From positions 148,552,001 through 148,616,000 of the forward strand of contig NC_082712.1 of the NCBI RefSeq assembly GCF_030144855.1: a stretch of DNA of 64,000 nt, in the 5' to 3' direction. The position numbers and the translations under genes were made by a program. This DNA is from Hypanus sabinus (taxonomy: Eukaryota). Of the stretch, positions 38,092 through 48,350 are shown in pieces; position 1 is the first letter of the stretch; each line of letters begins with the position of its first letter. Below the pieces are notes generated by a model, which saw nothing but the letters and a program-made list of their open reading frames with translations, ran no database searches and had not been told where the DNA came from.

Positions 38092-41000
38092 TGGCTACGG
38101 CGGCTGGCCATCGGGATAGCCTCCTGTATGTGTGGGATAGAAGGTCGGGACGCCGGTTTTTGGTCGATACTGGGGCTGAGATCAGCGTTTTACCTCCGAC
38201 GAGTTACGACACCCGCAGCAGGGCACCGGGTCCCCCCCTGAGGGCCGTGAATGGCAGCACAGTAAGGACCTATGGCACCCGTCAGGTGCAGCTACTGTTC
38301 GGCCCCAGCCAGTTCACGTGGGACTTCACACTGGCCGCCGTAGCCCAACCGCTTCTGGGTGCGGATTTTTTGCGAGCTCACAGCCTGCTGGTTGACCTAC
38401 CCAGGAAGAGACTGGTACACGCCGAGACCTTTCAGACGTTCTCCCTGGGCGCGGCCCAGTTGCCAGCCCCTCACCTCGGCTCCATCACGCTGTCCGACAA
38501 CGATTTCACCAGGGTCCTGGCGGAGTTCCCATCGGTTCTGGCACCGCAGTTCACAGCAGCCATGCCCAGGCACGGCGTACAGCACCACATCCCGACACAG
38601 GGACCACCCCTCCATGCCCGTGCTCGGCGGCTTCCCCCGGACAAGCTCCGACTGGCGAAGGAGGAGTTCCAGAGAATGGAGGAATTGGGGATCATCCGGC
38701 GGTCCGACAGCCCCTGGGCTTCCCCCCTGCACATGGTGCCCAAAGCGACGGGGGGCTGGAGACCGTGCGGCGACTACCGCAGGCTGAACGAGGCTACCAC
38801 ACCGGACCGCTACCCTGTGCCGCACATTCAGGACTTTGCGGCAAACCTGCACGGCGCCCGGATCTTCTCCAAGGTCGACCTTGTCCGAGGGTACCATCAA
38901 ATCCCGATGCATCCTGACGACGTCCCCAAAACGGCTCTCATCACCCCGTTTGGCCTCTTCGAGTTCCTCCGCATGCCGTTCGGCCTGAAGAATGCCGCAC
39001 AGACGTTCCAGCGGTTAATGGACGCGGTGGGACGGGACCTGGACTTCGCGTTCATCTATTTGGATGACATCCTCATAGCCAGCGGCAGTCGTCAGGAGCA
39101 TCTGTCCCACCTCCGTCAACTCTGCGCCCGACTGAGTGAGTACGGTCTTACAATCAACCCTGCCAAATGCCAGTTCGGACTTGATACCATTGACTTCCTG
39201 GGCCACAGGATTACTAAAGACGGGGCAACCCCTCTGCCCGCTAAGGTAGATGCGGTCCGCCACTTCCCCCGACCCACCACGATCAAAGGCCTTCAGGAAT
39301 TCGTAGGTATGGTCAATTTCTACCGCCGCTTCCTCCCTTCAGCTGCCCGGATCATGCGCCCCCTGTTCGCCCTGATGTCGGGTCCGAGCAAGAACATTAC
39401 CTGGGACGAGGAGTCCGCCGCCGCTTTCGTTCAAACGAAGGAAGCTTTGGCTGACGCCGCAATGCTAGTACATCCCAGAATGGACACCCCTACCGCCCTC
39501 ACAGTGGACGCATCAAACACGGCAGTCGGTGGGGTGCTGGAGCAGCTCATCGCAGGTCGCTGGCAACCCCTGGCGTTTTTCAGCAAACACCTGCGGCCAC
39601 CCGAGCTCAAGTACAGTGCTTTTGACCGGGAACTGTTGGCGCTCTACCTGGCAATCCGGCATTTCAGGTACTTCCTAGAAGGTCGGCCCTTCACCGCGTT
39701 CACGGACCACAAACCGCTTACCTTTGCGTTTACGAAAGCATCCGACCCCTGGTCATCCCGCCAGCAACGCCACCTGTCCTACATCTCTGAATACACAACG
39801 GATGTCCGGCACGTCTCGGGTAAGGACAATGTCGTGGCGGATGCGCTCTCTCGCCCTACCGTTCATGCCCTTTCCCAAGGGGTAGACTTTGAGGCACTGG
39901 CAGAGGCACAGCAGGTAGATGAGGAGATTCCGAGTTACAGGACTGCAGTCTCTGGTTTGCAGCTCCAGGACTTCCCCGTGGGCCCAGGTGAGAGGACCCT
40001 ACTCTGTGACGTCGCCACCGGTCAGCCCCGTCCGGTCGTCCCCGCAGCCTGGCGGCGACGTGTTTTCGACTCCATTCATAACTTGGCGCATCCCTCCATC
40101 CGGACAACTGTCCGGCTGGTTTCCAGCAGGTTCGTTTGGCACGGTCTCCGCAAACAGGTCAGTGAATGGGCCAGAACGTGCATGCACTGCCAGACGGCCA
40201 AGGTTCAGCGGCACACCAAAGCCCCACCGCAGCAGTTCCATCCCGCCCACCGGCGTTTCGACCACATTCATGTGGATATCGTGGGCCCCCTGCCAGTGTC
40301 GCGCGGAGCGCGTTACCTCCTGACTATCGTGGACCGGTTCACAAGATGGCCAGAGGCGGTCCCGCTCACCGACACCACCTCCGAATCTTGCGCCCGAGCC
40401 CTGCTCGCCACCTGGATATCCCGCTTTGGTGTACCAGCCCACATTACCTCCGACAGAGGCGCCCAGTTCACCTCCAGCCTGTGGTCAGCTATGGCCAGCC
40501 TTTTGGGGACTCAGCTGCACCACACCACTGCCTACCACCCACAGTCGAACGGGCTAGTGGAGCGTTTCCACCGTCACCTGAAGTCGGCCCTCATGGCCCA
40601 CCTGCGAGGAGCCAACTGGGCGGACGAGCTTCCCTGGGTCCTTCTCGGCATCCGCACAGCGCCCAAGGACGACCTGCACGCCTCGTCGGCCGAGTTGGTA
40701 TACGGCGCGCCCCTGGCCATCCCCGGGGAGTTCCTACCAGCCCCGAGGGGGCAAGAGGAAGAACCCGCTGCAGTCCTGGGCAGACTTCGTGAGAAGCTCG
40801 GTAACCTGGCCCCCATACCCACTTCACAGCATGGGCGGCACCCGACCTGCGTACCCAAAGACCTACGGAACTGTAAGTTTGTGTTTGTACGAAGGGGCGG
40901 GCATCGGCCACCGCTGCAGCGGCCATACGAGGGGCCGTTTACGGTGCTCCGGAACAACGGGTCCACGTTCGTGCTGGACGTTGGGGGGAAGGAGGAGGTT

Positions 41001-41147
41001 TTCACGGTGGACCGCCTCAAGCCGGCCCATGTGGACCTGGCGCAACGGGCCGGTGCCTCGGCGCAGAGGCCGACCTCCCAAGCAGGTTCTGGCCCAGGCT
41101 GTGGACATTGGGGGGTGTATCGCCGGTTCTGGGGGGGGGTTATGTAG
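38064..41147 (+). CDS. Gypsy Pol (protease-RT-RNase H-integrase), entered by -1 frameshift
   Basis: LVDTGAEIS (protease); [19 protein letters not shown] and YLDDILI (RT); VDAS, TDHKPL and VADALSR (RNase H); H..AHP..CMHC, HVDIVGP, SDRGAQF and NGLVERFH (integrase); YEGPF (GPY/F). No internal stop. Confidence 0.95.
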   Translation, partial: GKRRGQPPLMATAAGHRDSLLYVWDRRSGRRFLVDTGAEISVLPPTSYDTRSRAPGPPLRAVNGSTVRTYGTRQVQLLFGPSQFTWDFTLAAVAQPLLGADFLRAHSLLVDLPRKRLVHAETFQTFSLGAAQLPAPHLGSITLSDNDFTRVLAEFPSVLAPQFTAAMPRHGVQHHIPTQGPPLHARARRLPPDKLRLAKEEFQRMEELGIIRRSDSPWASPLHMVPKATGGWRPCGDYRRLNEATTPDRYPVPHIQDFAANLHGARIFSKVDLVRGYHQIPMHPDDVPKTALITPFGLFEFLRMPFGLKNAAQTFQRLMDAVGRDLDFAFIYLDDILIASGSRQEHLSHLRQLCARLSEYGLTINPAKCQFGLDTIDFLGHRITKDGATPLPAKVDAVRHFPRPTTIKGLQEFVGMVNFYRRFLPSAARIMRPLFALMSGPSKNITWDEESAAAFVQTKEALADAAMLVHPRMDTPTALTVDASNTAVGGVLEQLIAGRWQPLAFFSKHLRPPELKYSAFDRELLALYLAIRHFRYFLEGRPFTAFTDHKPLTFAFTKASDPWSSRQQRHLSYISEYTTDVRHVSGKDNVVADALSRPTVHALSQGVDFEALAEAQQVDEEIPSYRTAVSGLQLQDFPVGPGERTLLCDVATGQPRPVVPAAWRRRVFDSIHNLAHPSIRTTVRLVSSRFVWHGLRKQVSEWARTCMHCQTAKVQRHTKAPPQQFHPAHRRFDHIHVDIVGPLPVSRGARYLLTIVDRFTRWPEAVPLTDTTSESCARALLATWISRFGVPAHITSDRGAQFTSSLWSAMASLLGTQLHHTTAYHPQSNGLVERFHRHLKSALMAHLRGANWADELPWVLLGIRTAPKDDLHASSAELVYGAPLAIPGEFLPAPRGQEEEPAAVLGRLREKLGNLAPIPTSQHGRHPTCVPKDLRNCKFVFVRRGGHRPPLQRPYEGPFTVLRNNGSTFVLDVGGKEEVFTVDRLKPAHVDLAQRAGASAQRPTSQAGSGPGCGHWGVYRRFWGGVM

Positions 41148-41356
41148 CGCCTCATTTCCTAGCGTATCTGAACCGACTCACAATTAGATAGCCTACGGGG
41201 GTTTGCGAGCACAGAGCTTTGGAGCCTCTTCGCCATGGGGGGCCGGTTGACAGAGGCTTAAAAGTGAGGCTGAAGTTTTCGAATAAAGTTTTTCCTTCGA
41301 CTGCAGTTACCGACTCCGTGTCGTAATTTTAGCGCTGCTTGTAGCACACCGCTACA
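41143..41356 (+). repeat. Gypsy 3' LTR
   Basis: 213/214 identical to the 5' LTR (T at 41169). Confidence 0.97.
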
Positions 41357-42694
41357 GTATGTTGAATTATTAGATGAATGATTAGTTTTTGTTGTATTGC
41401 AGATCATGGTCTTTCTTGGGGGCTTGCTTAGTGGGTGGAGGGTGCTGATTTTATTTTGCTGAAGTAAGAAGGGTGGGGGAGGATCATTGCTTTGCTTTGT
41501 ATGTGGGAGGGAGAGTGGGGGGGGGGCTTTAGCGTTCTAATGTTTTCCCGTCACTCATTCTTTGGGGCACTCTTGTGTTTTCGTGGATGTTTGTGAAGAA
41601 TAAAAATTTCAGGTTATACATTGTATACATTCTCTGATATTCAATGGAACTATTGAAATTATAATTATATCACACCACTTAAACGTTAAAAACATGGTGT
41701 GTTAATTTAGAATTAAGTATTGGACAGAATCTGAAGGGAAAAGAGTGAGACTTCCTTATTCAGCATCGGTTTTGTCAGATTAAAGTTCAGGCTGTATTTT
41801 AACTGTTCCTACAATGAACCATCTGTGTTTGTTAAACATGTGTGAAGGCAAACGATTTTCACCTCAATATATGACTAAGTACAACCGTTTGTTTAGGATG
41901 CAAGGCAGGGTGCTACTGTTATTTCCAAGTTACCTTCATGAGAAGGAGCAGCTGAGAGAGTTCTCTGAAGAAGCATTCTGTGATAGAAAGGTCTCAGAGG
42001 GAATGATTCTCCAATCAATCTAGAGAAGTTATTTCTACTTTATTTGTATGATAATATTGATTAACTGATATGTACATTTTTTTTCCATAGAATCGTGGAA
42101 ATATTTGGGATGGAATGAAGCCATTTATCTGAAGTAATCAGTAACTTAAAATTCTTGCTCAGGCAGTCATATCACAAACAGTGTTGACCACATTCTTACC
42201 TGTACAACATACCAGTCTCTCAAGACTTACTTTTACCTCTGCTGTTCAGTCCATTGGATTTATACTGATTATCCTTGAGCAGGACTCTATAAAAAGACTG
42301 ATATGATGACTAAAATGGTCCTTGAAGTTTCATTCTTACAGCTCTGTGTAGCTGCATGTATTGTTGGTCATCCTTCCCATGCCCAGCTGTCTGCCCAGGA
42401 CTTTAATTACTGAACAGCTGTGTGTTCTAAACATTGTATCGGGAGGATTTTTACAGATTCCTTGCCAATATTTCTCTTTCAGAGGAATGCTAATTTTCTG
42501 GCGCATACATTGAAGTTGCCTTGGAGGATCAGCTTATCTCCCTCTGGGACCTAAGCTAAGTTCTTTCAAGGCTAGAGTAGGCCTTATCCTTAGCTTCCAG
42601 TGTTGGGGCAGATGTGTTGATGACTGTGGCATGCTGGTTCAGCATCATGGTGAGCTGGAATGTCACGAGTCATTGCCTCCCCAGAGGGGTGGAG

Positions 42695-43227
42695 TGTATC
42701 CAGAGATACCGGCCACATGACAGACGCACTGCCACCTGGCTGGTCGGAGGACACACCACATGCCAATCAACATTTGGTCCCTCCCAACTAATCAATGCAC
42801 ACCTAAATTATTGGTCACCTTAATTGGATTATCTCGCCCAGCCCCATGCTTTAAAAGGTGAGACATGTGCCTGGCTCAGTCTCTCTTACAGAACACCTCA
42901 GGAAGGTAAGTGCATTGATTTACGTTTGGGAAGGTCTATTGTTTGTCCTGGTAAGGGAGCCGCAGCTATCCAAGGTCAAGGGGGATAGTTGTTGTAGTGC
43001 TTTTCCCTTGTTCTTTGTTTGTGTAACCGTACCCTGTCCCCACACCCTTCCTGTGTATTGTAGTTGCTTGTGTTGACCCGACTTCCCCTTGTAAATAAAT
43101 CCCTTATTATTAAAACTGTGTGTGTTCAGGCTTCTACTGTTGAGACTCAAAGAACCAGTTATTTTCCATCACAACAGGGAGTCACTGAACTGCCAGACCA
43201 GCTCATACTTGCAAACTAAACGCAACA
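42695..43227 (+). repeat. ERV 5' LTR
   Basis: TGTATCC...CGCAACA; TTTAAAA at 42850, AAG|GTAAGT at 42903-42911, AATAAA at 43094. Confidence 0.9.
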
Positions 43228-43229
43228 TT

Positions 43230-43244
43230 TGGCGCTGCGAGCAG
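43230..43244 (+). promoter_or_regulatory. Primer-binding site, tRNA-Ser type
   Basis: TGGCGCTGCGAGCAG is the reverse complement of CTGCTCGCAGCGCCA, resembling vertebrate tRNA-Ser 3' ends; 2 nt after the LTR. Confidence 0.75.
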
Positions 43245-43283
43245 TGTCTCATAGGTTTTGGCTGGACACAAGCACAGGGGATA

Positions 43284-44845
43284 ATGTTCTGGAATAAGGG
43301 GAAGAAAGCCAGTGCAGGCACCCAGGATAAGATCCCTGGGTGGGCTGATGAAAGGGAGGGATTTGAGAGTCTGGCCAGCATGCTGGCAGACCACGGAAAA
43401 CCAGTGGACTGGTCTGAGCAGTTAGAGCCCCGTGGAAAGAAGCTGGGCCATCATGTGGTCTCCCTCCTGAAGGAATCAGGGTTCCCCAAAGTCAATGGGA
43501 GTCAAAGGGGTGCCTTCTGGTTGTTTGCGTCCCTGCTGAGACGCCAGGTTAGAATTACTGATTACCTGCAGCACTTGTGTGGTCAGAAGGACAGGGAAAT
43601 TGAAGACGTCAGTCAGCGTTGTTGCACGCTGAAGGAAGCAGCACAGGCTGCCCAGGCCCGAGCCAATGACCTTGAAGTTAGGGGAACTGAACTTGCCTAT
43701 CGCCTCATAAAGCTTCAGCAGGCCAGGGCAGCCCGTCGGTCTGGCTGGCAGCCGGACCCATTAAAGATTCGAGCCTTAGTCCAGTGTGGCGACAAGCTGG
43801 ACGCATGGCTGGGGGATGGAGACATCTGGCTGGATAGTGACAACGAGGGGGAGACGGCCGAACTTTCCCCTAGTCACTCGGAGACCCGGGTCTTCTCCCC
43901 CAAGGAGCTGACCCAGTTGGCGGATCGCTGCCGCCAACGACCAGGCGAGCACCTCGCGGCCTGGCTGCTCCGATTGTAGGACGAAGGGGGGCCCAACCTC
44001 AGCCTCTCCCATCAGGAGGCAAGCGCCCTGGGAAGCCTCTCTGGCCGGCAGAGCATAAACAAAGCGCTGCGGGCGCCACAAGCGGAAAAACACAAGGCAC
44101 AACCCTGTGGGATCGGGTAGTGACCGCGGTACGAGCTCGCTATCCCACACTTCTGGAGTGAGATCTACACGGACACCCGCAATGGGGTACGATCAGTGAG
44201 GGCACCCGGGTTATCAGGGAATGGGCACTGGTCGACGGCATCTATCAAGCTGCCTGCGACCGTAACTTCCTTGAAGACACATGAGTGACCGGTGCCCTAG
44301 CGGGATACTTGGTCACTACCGCACGCCCCGATCTTAAGTCGGTAATCCTGCCCCTTCATGGCACCAGCTAGTGGTAGGACCGTACGGGATGCCATCACCC
44401 TCCTGGAGGGATTAAAATATATGCAGAGGGGGGCACGGTACGCAGGTCCGGAAGACCGAGACAAGGGCCCTAGACACTATCTCTCAGATATACACGCAGG
44501 CAGCTGTACACGGACCTACTGCGTGCAGGGGTGGATCGTAACCAGATAGATGGCATCCCCATCCCCAACCTATATGCCCTGTGGAAGGAGCATTGCAGGG
44601 GGAAGACTACTTACAAAACGACCACCAACACCGAGCCACCCTCCGCGCATTCCCTGCCTGAAACTGTCTCGAAGGCCCTCGAAGCAGAACTCAGACAGCT
44701 CGTCAGGCAGGAAATGTCCCACCTCCACCAGCAAAGTGCCTCAGCCCCAGGCGTGGCAGCCCTCTTCCCCCCCCCCCCCCATAGGATGAAGGCCAGGGCC
44801 CCCGGCGCATTTGCTCTCTCGCCCTTTCCCGCCCGGGAGACCTGA
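43284..44845 (+). pseudogene. ERV gag (ERV-L/Fv1-like), with stops and frameshifts
   Basis: ATG at 43284. FSPKELTQLADRCRQRPGEHLAAWLLRL*DEGG..QEASALGSL resembles ERV-L Gag (YTPKEL..WILRVWDNGG); the Trp codon is TAG at 43977. Confidence 0.8.
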
Positions 44846-45735
44846 GGCCACATATACCCGTCACAGTACATTGGGGAAAGGGAAACGCACAGAGGTGGAC
44901 CTGAGGCCACATATACCCGTCACAGTACATTGGGGAAAGGGAAGCGCACAGAGGTGGACCTGAGGCCACATATACCCCCTCTCCAGCACACAATTATCCC
45001 AGGCAATCCTGCCTTATGGAGGGGTACGGTAATGCAGATAGAGGGATTGGGGGGCTCCCTGTTACCCACCAGGGAGGTCACCCTCCGCCTAGCCATAGGC
45101 TACCATTCCCCCAGACGTGTACAAGTCCTTATTGCCTCCTCCCCGGAATGTATCCTCAGAATCAATGTTTTAAAGGGACAAACACTTGAAACAAACGGGC
45201 AAGTTCACCTTTGGCATCGCGCGAGCCACTATTGTCGTCGGGGTGGCTAAGTGGGAGCTAATTGTCATTCCCCCTCCCTCCAAGATCATCTGTAACGGTC
45301 AGTACAGAGTGCCAGGGGGGGGGGGGGGGCGCCAAGAAATCGCAGACTCCATTCAAGCCCTGTTACGGGAGGGTATTAGAACCGCTGCCTCACCTTTCAA
45401 TAGCCCCATTTGGCCCGTCCGTAAGAGGAACGGCTCCTAGCGGATGACCGTTGATTATTGGCAATTGAACAAGGCTGCACCCCCCCTCGCCGCCGCTGTA
45501 CCTGATATTGTCACCCTTATTGAAGACATCGCAGGCCGTCCCCATAAACCCTGGTACGCTGTTGTCGATTTAGCGAATATACATTTTTCTCGATTCCCCT
45601 GCACTCAGATAGCCAAGACCAGTTTGCCTTTACTTGGGACAGCAGACAATACACATTTATTTAATCGCCTGCCCCAAGCAACATTCACAGCCCCACAATC
45701 TGCCATGGCCTTGTCTCCCGCGATTTACACAACAT
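44839..45735 (+). pseudogene. ERV protease and N-terminal RT fragment
   Basis: DLRPHIPVTVHWGKG; VGVAKWE..QYRVPGG..SPFNSPIWPVRK..MTVDYWQLNK..AAAVPDIV..WYAVVDLAN..RLPQ, closely following the HERV-L/MERV-L RT pattern. Ends before YxDD. Confidence 0.85.
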
Positions 45736-46706
45736 CTCTTCCCTTGACCCCCGATGGGGTGGGTGCTTCAGGAACTGGTATTTCCCTCTCTACAATTTGA
45801 CCTCCACCCGAGTCCCCACCCTCAGGGTTATTCCACAGCCACTGAGTAGGCCTAACGAATGCTGGTGCAGACTCTGCAATGTGCACATTTCTAACTTTTC
45901 CGTTGGTCACAGCAACTGTCAGTGAAACAGGTACCCAGGTGCCCCAGTGACCACTGTCGACGATGCCACTAAGCTGGGTGCTCCCTGGACTCTAAACGGG
46001 ACCCACTGGATCTGCGGCCACCGCGCCTACCCGTGGCTCCCCACGAGCTGGTACGGCTGCTGCTTTCCAGCATATGTGGTGCCCTTCATCCACCCCCTGA
46101 ATGAACTTGGGGAGCATCTGGCATACAGCGGCCACCGGGTCAAGAGGGCCATTACGGAGGCAGAGAGGTTCTGGATGATAGCCTTTCCCAGTTATGGTAC
46201 GGCCCGGCTGTCCCGGGAGGTGATCCAGATGACCAGTGTGCTCGAGACTCTGGCCGACGAGACGGCAGTGACACTGCAACACACGGAGGATGCCCTCACC
46301 CGAATGGCGGCAGAACTGACAGCTGTCAGGATGGTCGCCCTGTAGAACCGAATGGCACTGGACTACCTACTCGCTGCTGATGGTGGAACATGTGCAGTGG
46401 TTGGTGAGGAATGCTGTACCTTTATCCCTGATGAGTCCAGCAACATCACTCACTTGGCTGCTCACATTCGGGACTCGGTGGCTAAAATTCAAAAATCAAG
46501 GGACCAGCTCCTCCAGCACAAAACCTCATGGGGCAATTGGTGGCCATTTGGGTCCCTGGGGGGGGTGGTGGGCAACTGTCATTCACTGGTCCATCGCACT
46601 CATTCTTGTAATCATAGCCATTTCTATACTATGTTGCTCATGCCAGCTGATTAGAGTATCTCTGCATTTACTTAGCTGCTCAAAATCGGTTATTTCTGGT
46701 ATATGA
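45736..46706 (+). pseudogene. ERV env, C-terminal SU plus TM (gamma-type)
   Basis: WICGHRAYPWLP..W.GCC, furin site RVKR, heptad region, ISU-like AL*NRMALDYLLAADGGTC, CX6CC (CAVVGEECC), and membrane anchor IALILVIIAISILCC after a G-run frameshift. Confidence 0.9.
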
Positions 46707-46763
46707 TATTGTTTCACCCTCTTATGTGTGTTGGCTATGTGGTTCGTCTTCCGAGGAGTGGAG

Positions 46764-47298
46764 TGTATCCAGAGATACCGGCCACATGACAGACGCACTG
46801 CCACCTGGCTGGTCGGAGGACACACCACATGCCAATCAACACTTGGTCCCTCCCAGCTAATCAATGCACACCCAAATTATTGGTCACCTTAATTGGATTA
46901 TCTCGCCCAGCCCCATGCTATAAAAGCTGAGACATGTGCCTGGCTCAGTCTCTCTTACAGACCACCACATTGGAGATAAGTGCATTGATTTATGTTTGGG
47001 AAGGTCTATCGTTTGTCCTGGTAAGGGAGCTGCAGCTATCCAAGGTCAAGGGGGATAGGTGTTGTAGTACTTTTCCCTTGTTCTTTGTTTGTGTAACCGT
47101 ACCCTGTCCCCACACCTCTTTCTGTGTGTTGTAGTTGCTTGTGTTGACCTGAGTTCCCCTTGTAAATAAATTCCCTATTATTAAAACTGTGTGTGTCCAG
47201 GCCTCTACTGTTGAGACTCAAAGAACCAGTTATTTTCCATCACAACAGGGAGTCACTGAACTGCCAGACCAGCTCATACTTGCAAACTAAACGCAACC
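46764..47298 (+). repeat. ERV 3' LTR
   Basis: About 95% identical to the 5' LTR by eye; TATAAAA at 46919-46925; terminal CA altered. Confidence 0.9.
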
Positions 47299-47499
47299 CA
47301 TGAAGGGTATATATCTTTTCCATACTGCTCTTATAGGACTTTTTTCTTTGAGCTGGTGATCTGTGACCCATCATGACTCGTTCAGGGTGATGATGTCAAT
47401 CTTGCAGCCATAGCAGAAGAGCACCATTCAGCTTTATCATTATTGGAGGTGTCCCTTGGGTTCCAGACTTTCAGGTCCAGAACGTTTTGTTAAGGAGTG

Positions 47500-48350
47500 G
47501 AAGTATAGAACATAGTACAGCACATTACAGGCCCTTTGGCCCACAATGCTGTGCTGACCCTCAAACCCTGCCTCCCATATAACCCCCCCCACCTTAAATT
47601 CCTCCATATACTTGTCTACTAGTCTCTTAAACTTCACTTGTGTATCTGCCTCCACCAATGACTCAGGCAGTGCATTCCACACACCAACCACTCTCTGAGT
47701 GAATAACCTTCCTCTAATATCCCCCTTGAATTTCCCTCCCTTTACATTAAAGCCATGTCCACTTGTACTGAGCAGTGGTGCCCTGGGGAAGAGGCGCTGG
47801 CTGTCCACTCTAACTATTCCTCTTAATATCTTGTACACCTCTATCATGTCTCCTCTCATCCTCCTTCTCTCCAAAGAGTAAAGCCCTAGCTCCCTTAATC
47901 TCTGATCATAATGCATACTCTCTAAACCAGGCAGCATCCTGGTAAATCTCTGTACCCTTTCCAATGCTTACACATCCTTCCTATAGTGAGGCGACCAGAA
48001 CTGGACACAGTACTCCAAGTGTGGCCTAACCTGAGTTTTATAGAGCTGCATCATTACATCGCATCTCTTAAACTCTATCCTTCGACTTATGAAAGCTAAC
48101 ACCCCAAAAGCTTTCTTAACTACCCTATCTACCTGTGAGGCAACTTTAGGGATCTGTGGACATGTGACCCCAGATCCCTCTGCTCATCCACACTACCAAG
48201 TATCCTGCCATTTACTTTGTACTCTGCCTTGGAGTTTGTCCTTCCAAAGTGTACCACCTCACACTTCTCCGGGTTGAACTCCATCTGCCACTTCTCAGCC
48301 CACTTCTGCATCCTATCAATGTCTCTCTGCAATCTTCAACAATCCTCTAC
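47500..48350 (-). mobile_element. CR1 LINE 3' end
   Basis: ORFs 48129-48332 (KWQMEFNPEKCEVVHFGR) and 47440-47964 (ERVQ.RFTRMLPGL..RMRGDMIEVYKI..FTQRVV). Confidence 0.9.

Larger units (their letters stand above)
37151..41356 (+). mobile_element. Full-length Ty3/Gypsy LTR retrotransposon (4206 bp), very recent
   Basis: TG...CA LTRs of 214 bp, 4-bp TSD GTAT (37147-37150 and 41357-41360), PBS, G-run PPT (41131-41139), and open gag and pol in PR-RT-RH-IN order. Confidence 0.97.
42695..47298 (+). mobile_element. Endogenous retrovirus, class III (ERV-L/ERV-S-like) gag-pol with gamma-type env; internally deleted and defective
   Basis: Two ~535-bp LTRs, PBS TGGCGCTGCGAGCAG, gag, protease and RT fragments, env SU/TM fragment, and PPT GAGGAGTGGAG before the 3' LTR. 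Confidence 0.9.

Noticed and set aside
37476-41187. Numerous overlapping and antisense ORFs within the Gypsy element
   Set aside because: Expected from stop-codon scarcity in GC-rich coding DNA; no motifs apart from the AT-hook noted separately.
43122-43283. N-terminal extension of the 285-aa ORF
   Set aside because: Starts at a non-ATG codon inside the LTR and runs through the PBS; the plausible gag start is the ATG at 43284.
43977-43979. TGG to TAG in ERV gag as APOBEC-type hypermutation
   Set aside because: A single event; the env stop is CAG to TAG, and no systematic G-to-A bias can be shown without a consensus.
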